From: Elusimicrobiota bacterium | Lineage (GTDB): Bacteria > Elusimicrobiota > Elusimicrobia > UBA1565 | Reading direction: 5' to 3' | DNA: 14,100 nucleotides | Assembly (NCBI GenBank): GCA_043819795.1 | Contig: JBDREN010000094.1 | Coordinates: 1-14,100 of the forward strand | Shown here: in pieces, positions 1 through 6,600 of the stretch | Numbering within the stretch: the first letter of the stretch is position 1 | How the letters are laid out: each line of letters opens with the position of its first letter | Translations under genes and position numbers: made by a program | Notes under the pieces: generated by a model | Told to the model about the DNA's origin: nothing | Seen by the model: only the letters and a program-made list of their open reading frames with translations | Database searches by the model: none

Positions 1-38
1 GTCTCGCCGCTCCGTTATGTCCGGCCGTGTCAAGCCGC
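1..38 (-). repeat. Start of a pentamer-periodic (NN-RRC)n tract directly downstream of the RAMP gene; candidate guide/ncRNA, truncated by the window edge
   Basis: After the TGA the minus strand reads GCCAT GC-GGC TT-GAC AC-GGC CG-GAC AT-AAC GG-AGC GGC GA-GAC. That is six consecutive in-phase NN-RRC units, then one more after a 3-nt slip. Only 43 nt are visible. Confidence 0.5.
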
Positions 39-43
39 ATGGC

Positions 44-769
44 TCAGTCCACCTCCGCGCTCACGAGCTCGAATCGCCCATACCCGAGCGACAGGCAACT
101 CCCGATCCCTATCTTCGTCGCCGCCGCCAGCGTGCGCTTCAAGTCGTCCTTCGAGAACTTCCTCGCGGGCCAGGAGAACGCGAATGTGAACTCGCCGCCT
201 TCCTCGGCCGTCTCCGTGTGATGCTGGATGCTCTTCTTCCCCTGCGGCGTGCGAACGCTCCCGGAGATGAGCGCGTAGCTCGTCCCCACCGGACGGCCGT
301 TCCTGCGGAGGTAGATCTCCCAGGGGCGGACGAGGTCCTGCAAGCTCTCTCCGGCCGCCTCGACGGTCCCCATCTCCGCCACGTCTCCCTTCGCGCCGGG
401 TTTCGCCTTGAAAATCCCCATGCGCGAGGCCGCCTGTTTCAGCAGCGCCTTCACCATGTGCTCCAGGATGTACGGGCCTTTCTCGCCACGGCGAATCACG
501 TTGACCGCGTAGACGGACTCTTCCTTCACCTCCCCATCCTCGGGGGTCGTCTCGCGCTCCCCGATCTCCTCGCTCTGAATCCGGGCGAGGGCGGCGTCGA
601 ACTCCGCCGTGCCCGGGGCGAGGCCCAGGTGGTGCTCGGCGAACGCCCGAAGCGCCTTCTCTCCCGCCGGCTGCCCCCCGGCCAGGGGGCGTAGCAGTCG
701 GCACCGCACGACCGCGCGCTCCCGCTCAGCATCCAGCACGGCATCCAGGTCCCGCTGCGTCCAGCCCAT
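44..769 (-). CDS. Stand-alone RAMP superfamily protein, Cas7-group (Csm3/Cmr4-like), 241 aa
   Basis: RAMP motifs occur in the expected order: N-terminal strand RAVVRCRLLRPLAGG; GPYILEHMVKALLKQAA (cf. PYIPGSSxKGxxR); ETAEEGGEFTFAFSW (cf. E.v..Gt.F.f.i); C-terminal glycine-rich loop GIGSCLSLGYGRF (nt 71-109). SD GGGAGG precedes the ATG at 769. Confidence 0.8.
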   Translation of the reverse strand: MGWTQRDLDAVLDAERERAVVRCRLLRPLAGGQPAGEKALRAFAEHHLGLAPGTAEFDAALARIQSEEIGERETTPEDGEVKEESVYAVNVIRRGEKGPYILEHMVKALLKQAASRMGIFKAKPGAKGDVAEMGTVEAAGESLQDLVRPWEIYLRRNGRPVGTSYALISGSVRTPQGKKSIQHHTETAEEGGEFTFAFSWPARKFSKDDLKRTLAAATKIGIGSCLSLGYGRFELVSAEVD

Positions 770-820
770 TGTTCTGCCCTCCCTTTTCTTGCCTCGCGGC
801 TCAACGGCCCCCTTTCTCGT

Positions 821-1354
821 CTAGAACGGGACATCCGCCTCTTCCGGGGCGCCACCGAATGCGCGCTCCGCCTCCTCGTCCGAGATGCCCGTCTCCTCTT
901 CCGGCGCGGGGGCCGTGGCGGCCGCGCGCGGCGCAGGCGTACCCTCCTCTCGCCCCGGAGCGGCGTAGCCCGAGAACGGTACGCGGCGGCGTAGGCGACC
1001 CTGTTCAAGCTCCTCGGCGATAGTCACCATCGCAGACTTCCCCTTGACGCTATCGAAGATGATTCTCGCAAGGTGCCGTGCGGCCTCCTCATCATCGTCG
1101 GGTAGCGAGTGGTCTTTTGCCACTCCGCAGACACGCTGCGCTACGCAAGCGAGCCGGGGCAGAGTATTCCCAGTCACGAAGAGGTCGTCCTGGATGTTCT
1201 CGCCGGACGTGGCGACCCAGCCGAGGCGAACAAAGGGGGTTCCCTTCTTCGCCGACTTTCCTGCCGCGACCCGGACGCACTTGCACTGATAGGTTCCCGG
1301 CGGGGGAAGTTCCACATTCCCCCACGACTGTACGTCTTCGAGCGTTCGTACCAT
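821..1354 (-). CDS. Phage single-stranded DNA-binding protein, DUF669-like OB-fold, 177 aa
   Basis: N-terminal LPPPGTYQCKCVRV..KSAKKGTPFVRL resembles DUF669-type proteins. Ala/Pro linker and acidic tail ending EEADVPF, like the SSB DDIPF tip. Sits right after recT. Start reassigned to ATG 1354, just past the recT stop. Confidence 0.7.
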   Translation of the reverse strand: MVRTLEDVQSWGNVELPPPGTYQCKCVRVAAGKSAKKGTPFVRLGWVATSGENIQDDLFVTGNTLPRLACVAQRVCGVAKDHSLPDDDEEAARHLARIIFDSVKGKSAMVTIAEELEQGRLRRRVPFSGYAAPGREEGTPAPRAAATAPAPEEETGISDEEAERAFGGAPEEADVPF

Positions 1355-1355
1355 G

Positions 1356-2192
1356 TTACTTTTCCTTTTTCTCCGGCTCCTCCACCGCCTCCGGCTCCGC
1401 CGCGCGGATCGCCGAGGCCGGGATGGTGGCAACGTCCGGCTCTTGCCTCGCCTCGAAGTTCGGGCCGATGGTGGTGTCCTCTCGCGCGAGAAGGCCGCGG
1501 ACATCGGGCGACCACGCGCGCTTCGGGAGAATCTTGTAGAGCGCCCGGATTGCGGTCTTCTTCATCATTTCCTCCTCCCAGAGGTGCCACGGGGAATCTC
1601 TCGCTCCGGTCTTTTCTGCGTACTGGAATGCCTGGGAGCAGACCCGGCGCTTCGAGATGTCGTCGAGGGTCATCACGATGAACTGCGGGCGGCCGGTCGC
1701 AAGGTGTGCAACGGCGTAGACGAGGCGCGGCGCTCCTCGCTTCCAGGGGGCCAGTTCCGGCGTGTGCTCGATGCAGGAATCCGTCCCCTTCCGCACGCAG
1801 AACGTATCGTGCTCATAGACGATCTCCGCCTCGATGTTTGTGACAACCGAGCGCTCCACCAGATCTACCATGCCCTGGTAACCGAGCTGCAACACAATGT
1901 CGTTCTTGTACGGCACCAGATGCGCCTGGGCGAGCGGCCCGCCGATTTCGAGGTCGAGCGCCGCGGCCTCCAAGAGCGCCCCCATGAACATCGAGGGATT
2001 CGCGCGCGCCGCGGCCATGAGGCGCGGTTGTTGTCGTAAGAGCGTCAAGGTCACGCGCGCGAACCTGGAGGCCATCTTTAGCCGTTTTTCCTCGTCTCCG
2101 GCGACTGGCAACGCCCGGGCGATCTGCCGGACGAACTCCCCGTCGTCCTCCTCCGCGAGCGCAAGGACGACGTCCCGCTTACTCTCCGCCAT
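1356..2192 (-). CDS. recT: RecT-family single-strand annealing recombinase, 278 aa
   Basis: Typical RecT motifs: SMFMGALLEAAALDL, AHLVPY, LQLGYQGMVDLVERS, AEIVYEHDTF, VYAVAHL, PWHLWEEEMMKKTAIRALYKILP. Start reassigned to ATG 2192 with SD AAAGGAGG 8 nt upstream; overlaps the end of the nuclease gene. Confidence 0.93.
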   Translation of the reverse strand: MAESKRDVVLALAEEDDGEFVRQIARALPVAGDEEKRLKMASRFARVTLTLLRQQPRLMAAARANPSMFMGALLEAAALDLEIGGPLAQAHLVPYKNDIVLQLGYQGMVDLVERSVVTNIEAEIVYEHDTFCVRKGTDSCIEHTPELAPWKRGAPRLVYAVAHLATGRPQFIVMTLDDISKRRVCSQAFQYAEKTGARDSPWHLWEEEMMKKTAIRALYKILPKRAWSPDVRGLLAREDTTIGPNFEARQEPDVATIPASAIRAAEPEAVEEPEKKEK

Positions 2193-3024
2193 CGTCGTTT
2201 CCTCCTTTCGTCGGCCTCGTCCTTCCCCGACCCCCATAGGGGCACTGGCCCCAGTACCCGCACCAGCGCGGGCTGCAACACCATGACGCCGGGTCACACG
2301 GCGGGAACACGCCAGCCTCGATTTGTTTCAGCGCGGCGGCGATTCGCTCGAGCATCGCCGCAAGGTCCTCTTCGTCCCTCGTGGTCGAGAGGGTCATCGC
2401 CTTCGGGTTCTTCAGCGCAACGAGGTAGTCCAGGTGAATCGCCTCGGGCAGCGCCCCCCGGACGTACTTGTCCGCGAGCGCGTACATGGAGAGTTGTAGG
2501 CTCGTGTCCGCGGCGTTCCCCGATGGGGACTTCGCGGAGGTCTTGGTGTCGCGGATCGCGCGCGCCTCCAGGATGTCCGTCGTGCCCGCGAGGTCGTGCG
2601 AGAACCCCGTGAGTTCCAGCCGCCAGGACTTTTCCACGGCCACGGGCGCGAGGCTCGGCGCGACCTCGGCGTGATGGAGCGTCGCCAGGGTCACCGCCTT
2701 GTCCACCGCCTCGCCGCGGACCTCCGCCTCCGGCCGCTCGCGCTCGTCGTCGGTGAGAAGCACCCCCTCGTTCCAGGCGAGGAGCACCCCGTCTCGCGCG
2801 ACCTCGCGCACGGCCTCCTCGGCCAAGAGCGCGCCCCCCTCGATTTTGGCCGTCAGGTCCGCCGCGACGGCCCGGTGTGTGCCACTACCCACATGGGCCG
2901 CGCTCCCGGGCGGCATGATGAGGCCGCGGACGTACCGCCACTCGTACTGCTTCGGGCAGCGGTACAGCATCCCGAGGCCGGATTGGTGGAGTGTCGGCTT
3001 TGCGCGCCTGAAGGTCACTGGCAT
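2179..3024 (-). CDS. PD-(D/E)XK exonuclease (PDDEXK_1, RecB/Cas4/AddB-like, probably Fe-S), likely the RecT partner, 281 aa
   Basis: Motifs QSGLGMLYRCPKQY, GSGTH, E..W...LAGTTD...IRDTKT and QLSMYA. C-terminal Cys cluster CDPASWCCSPRWCGYWGQC. Directly upstream of recT. Confidence 0.88.
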   Translation of the reverse strand: MPVTFRRAKPTLHQSGLGMLYRCPKQYEWRYVRGLIMPPGSAAHVGSGTHRAVAADLTAKIEGGALLAEEAVREVARDGVLLAWNEGVLLTDDERERPEAEVRGEAVDKAVTLATLHHAEVAPSLAPVAVEKSWRLELTGFSHDLAGTTDILEARAIRDTKTSAKSPSGNAADTSLQLSMYALADKYVRGALPEAIHLDYLVALKNPKAMTLSTTRDEEDLAAMLERIAAALKQIEAGVFPPCDPASWCCSPRWCGYWGQCPYGGRGRTRPTKGGNDDGGE

Positions 3025-3242
3025 GGTCTGTCGCCTTTCTCTTCTTTATGCCACTGTATAGCCTGGCGCACCTCCTGCTCAACGCCGTACTGAAACGCCT
3101 TATCTGCAAGTGCAGTTATTTCCGTCGCAGCCTCCCGATAGCGACGCACCGCCCTGTACCAATCATCCGGCTTCCCGCTTCGACAGGCGTCCTCCTCCGC
3201 TTGGTGCGCCTCGGCTAGGATTTCCTTCAGTTCCATGCACAT
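3015..3242 (-). CDS. Hypothetical helical protein, 75 aa (MCMELKEILAEAHQ...)
   Basis: SD AAGGAG 7 nt before ATG 3242. Protein-like amphipathic composition; stop overlaps the nuclease start. The frame is also open up to ATG 3449, but that extension is Arg/Pro/Gly-rich and crosses a terminator hairpin. Confidence 0.65.
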   Translation of the reverse strand: MCMELKEILAEAHQAEEDACRSGKPDDWYRAVRRYREAATEITALADKAFQYGVEQEVRQAIQWHKEEKGDRPCQ

Positions 3243-3279
3243 GTTCTCTCTCCTTTTCCCTACCCGCGCCCGCGCGGGC

Positions 3280-3339
3280 CTACCCCGCCGCCGCTCGCCG
3301 CGCGACCACCCGGACGTCCTCATCCGTCGTCGTCCGCAT
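3280..3339 (-). CDS. Possible 19-aa micro-ORF MRTTTDEDVRVVARRAAAG
   Basis: Purine-rich SD (GAGGAGGGG) just upstream of ATG 3339, immediately after the leader terminator. Too short to confirm. Confidence 0.3.
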   Translation of the reverse strand: MRTTTDEDVRVVARRAAAG

Positions 3340-3360
3340 TTCTCTCCCCTCCTCGCCGAC

Positions 3361-3432
3361 AAAAAGGGCCTGGGCGTCTTTGGCAGGACCGTCCTTGCGG
3401 GAGGAGGTCGAGAGCCTTGACGGCCCAGGCCC
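3361..3432 (-). terminator. Long bulged hairpin plus U5: intrinsic terminator/attenuator in the leader of the recombination operon
   Basis: Minus-strand pairings: GGGCCTGGG/CCCAGGCCC (9 bp), CGTC/GACG, GGC/GCC, GACC/GGTC, TCCT/AGGA. Immediately followed by TTTTT. Confidence 0.7.
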
Positions 3433-3475
3433 AGATTCATGCGCGCCATGTCTCGTTCCTCCTCCCGCTACTTGC

Positions 3476-3525
3476 ACCTTACAACGCGCGCGGCCGGTTG
3501 TCAAGAAGTATTTTTCTTTTTCTTG
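3476..3525 (-). promoter_or_regulatory. Sigma70-type promoter driving the leader and recombination/RAMP operon
   Basis: TTGACA (3504-3499), 17-bp spacer, TAAGGT (3481-3476). Upstream A-tract AAGAAAAAGAAAAATA resembles an UP element. Predicted start near 3469. Confidence 0.8.
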
Positions 3526-3565
3526 CATGTTATGTTGGAATTAGCGTACGCGCCGAACGAAGAAT

Positions 3566-3625
3566 CGTCACTATACAGCACTATACGCTTCTTCTGAATG
3601 CTATGCATTGCTATGCGTCACTACC
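3566..3625. repeat. AT-richer intergenic tract with 5-bp/10-bp periodicity
   Basis: Plus-strand pentamers: cgtca ctata cagca ctata cgctt cttct gaatg ctatg cattg ctatg cgtca ctacc. 11 of 12 start with C; CTA recurs at 3571, 3581, 3601, 3611 and 3621; CGTCACTA is repeated 50 bp apart. Confidence 0.7.
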
Positions 3626-3626
3626 G

Positions 3627-3659
3627 ATAAACCCGGCCGAGTCCGAAGACCCGGCCGGG
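3627..3659 (-). terminator. Intrinsic terminator ending the virion operon
   Basis: Minus strand CCCGGCCG-G-GTC-TTCG-GAC-T-CGGCCGGG-TTTAT: 12-bp stem including one G-U pair, cUUCGg tetraloop and a short U tail. Begins 35 nt after the giant gene's stop. Confidence 0.75.
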
Positions 3660-3694
3660 CGGCCCAGCGGGAAAGGGAGACTAACCCGCCAGGT

Positions 3695-6600
3695 CTACTC
3701 CCCCTTTCGCGTCGCCAGGTGCTTGTTCAGGCGTTGCATGCGTTCCCGGAAGGCGGCCCCGTCGAGCCGAATCGCGCGCTTTGGTGACTCCTCCCTGAGC
3801 CACGCCCGTAGCGTCTCCTCGGACTGGTCCGCCAGCAATTCTCCCGCGCGCGCCTGCGCCTTCTCCCACTCGCTCACCCTCTTCTCGTAATTCTCCTCCG
3901 TCTCCGGCTCGACTCCGCCGCCGCCCTTCCGGCGCTCGGGCCGAGGAGAGACGAGCGCCATGAGGCGCGAGCGCAGGGCCTTCTCCGAAAGCGCGCTCGG
4001 AGGAATGAGCGGGCGCGCAAGTTGTTTCGCCCCCTGATACGGTACGCCGCCGAAAACGCTTGCGCCGCTGGCGAGGCGGTCCAGGGCGCGCCAGATGCCG
4101 ACCTTCCACTTTTTCTCGCCGGCGTGCGAGCCGCGCTCGTACTCCTCGCCGGTCCCTGCCTGCACCCCCGCCCTGACGGCGTCCACCGCCCCCGTGATGG
4201 TGCTCAGGGTCGCGCTGGAGAGAACGTTGGTCTGCGGATCGAAGTACGGCCGACGATAGTACTGCGCCGCGGCGTAGGTGATGTCACGAAGGACCAGCAC
4301 GTTCCCGAAGATGGACAGGATGATATCGTAGACTGCATCCTCGACAATGGACTTGTCCTTCTCGTCGTCATCCCCGCCGCCGTAGAGCAGGCTGTGCAAC
4401 CCCTTGAATCCGGCCCTGACGCCATACGAAATCAGCCACACCCCCAAGGCGTTCACGACGGTAGGGTACAGGACCCGGGCGGTGAGCTTCTTCTTGTCCT
4501 CCAATGTGCGGGCGCTGTGTCCGTACTCGAAGAGGCCGCGCACCACCATGTTGTGGTACTTCGAGACCTGGCCGGAGAAGATGGCGAAGGCAACCCTGAT
4601 CAGCGGATTGTGCCGACCCGCGCGCTGGATGGCGTTGAGGGATTGCGGAGAGTAGGACGACTGCGTTAGCTCGACCAACTCTTCCGCCCGGAGGGCAGTC
4701 GCCTCCATGAGCGCCTCGCCTGTCAAGCCCCGCTCGGCTTGTTCCAGCTTCGCCGCCCGCCAGAGGCGGTCAATCGTCCACTGGTCGAGCACATGGATGG
4801 GCTTCATGCCGGCGTTCTGCGCCCGCGTGAACCAGCCTCCACTCTGGCCCGCGAACTCGGCCACCGTTTTATCCGTGAGGAACGGCGTCACGATGCGATG
4901 CGTAGAACCCTGCGCCCGCGCGTGCAGGATGGGCGAGTACCGATGCATCTCCTCGCGCGCCTGCGCCTTTTTCCCGAACATCGCGCGCGAGATGTGCCGG
5001 AGGTTTATTTCCGCCGCCGCCGGGACCAGGGATAGCAGCTGGAACAGCAGGACCCTGGCCTTGCCCACGAGGAGCGCGACGTTCGCGTTGCGCGAGAATT
5101 TGTGCAGCGCGCGTTCCAGGCCAGTCAAGGACCTCGTGGTCGGCTGCTCGTACTGCCGCAGGCCGTCCGCGAGGGTGCGCAGGATGTCAGGCCCGTACTT
5201 GTACCCATGCGTGACGGAGTTGCGGAATGTCGGGTCGTTGAGGAGCGTCCGCGCCTTTTTGATCGGGACGGCGAAGGCGGCGTAGGCGGAAACCTCGTGG
5301 ACGTGCCGCATGAACTCTTCCACGGCGTCGCCAATGATGAAGGGATCGTTGCTCGGCTCGCGCTCCTGTAGCCGGCCCGCGTCCTCCAGGTGTCGCTCGC
5401 CCCGCTGCGCGACGAACTGGTTGAAGGTGAACTGCTCCGCCTTCCCCTCGCCCCGCTTCCTGTGTCGGGGCCAGTGATGCTTTCGCAGCGGGACCTTGAC
5501 GCCCTGGTCCTCCAGCCAGGTCGCCTGATAGGCATGCGCGATGGGGCCGTCCGACAGGTAGTCCCCGATGGCGTCGGCGAACTTCCGCTCGTTCTCCGGC
5601 ATGGACTCGATGATGGCCTCGAAGTCCGCCGGGAAGAGCTTGATGGGAGTGATGCTCCGCGCCCCGGCGGCCACGATGCCCTGATGGCCAGCGCGAAGTA
5701 ACTCGTCCCTCGTGCTCGGGTCGCGCCAGTTGAGGTAGTAGCCCACGCGCTGAAAGGCGGTCATCTGGATTTTCGGCACGACCTGCATTCCCGCGCTGCT
5801 GCGCGCGAGCGGGAGAGCGATATCGAGAATCTTGGTATACGCCTTCCACCACGCCTTCCCAGTAAGCCCGGCGTCCTTCTCCGCCTGCACAAGGAACTCC
5901 TTTGCGTCCTGGAGGAATCTCGCCTGGACGCGCTCCGCCAGCCGGGGGGCCTCGCTCAAAGTCCGGTACGTCGCCGAACCCTCCGGCGCAAGGCGCGAGA
6001 CAGCTGTGAGGTGGTTGAACTGATCGCTGAGGAGAAGCCGCGCGACGAAGTTTTGCGCCTTCGCCTCGTCCACCAATCCAGGCTCCTTGGCATAGCGGGC
6101 GGGCGCGTTCTTCGCTACCTCCGCCGCCGCCTTCTCCACGACGGCCGGGAAAGACACCCGACGCCAGATGTGCGGGAGGTAGTCGCGGACGTTGTTGCCG
6201 AAAGTCTCGACCATTTTCGCCGTCCAGGCCGCGAGCGTGCGCAGGCCCTTGGCGAAGTAGTGCGCCCCGACGATGGTGGCGTTCTTCAAGACGCGCGGTC
6301 GCAGGCCCGCGAACATCGTCGTGCCGCCGAGGTCCTCGCGCAGCTCCCGCAGGGCCTTCTCCACCATGCCCTCGGTAGGCTTCCCGGGAACGATGTCCTC
6401 GGCGATGTACGCCTCGGGCGCGCCGAACTCCGCCCCCTCGCGCTCCTCTACGATGATGTCTTCAAGCTCAACGACGGCGTAGGCGGCCGGGACGCCCTCG
6501 GCCGGGAGGTCCGGGGCCGCGACGGCCGTCGCCGCGCCGCGCGTCATGGGCTTCGTCGGGAGAGCGGGGGCCGGGGGGGCCGGGGCGGCCGGAACGACAG

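Noticed and set aside
30..704. 224-aa alternative minus-strand frame over the RAMP gene
   Set aside because: Gly/Arg-rich off-frame translation with no motifs. The 44-769 frame carries the RAMP signatures and the SD.
770..820. Small GCC-GCGA-GGC hairpin and imperfect AGAAA(A)GGG repeat between the SSB and RAMP genes
   Set aside because: 3-bp stem and no U tract; too weak to call a terminator or processing site.
2193..2297. Longer N-terminus of RecT in the ORF track (likewise 1355-1504 for the SSB)
   Set aside because: Each overlaps the upstream gene. Internal ATGs at 2192 and 1354 have SD sequences and give typical domain starts.
3259..3285. CCTACCC direct repeat around the palindrome GCCCGCGCGGGC
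   Set aside because: Short and very GC-rich, so plausible by chance. No U tract.
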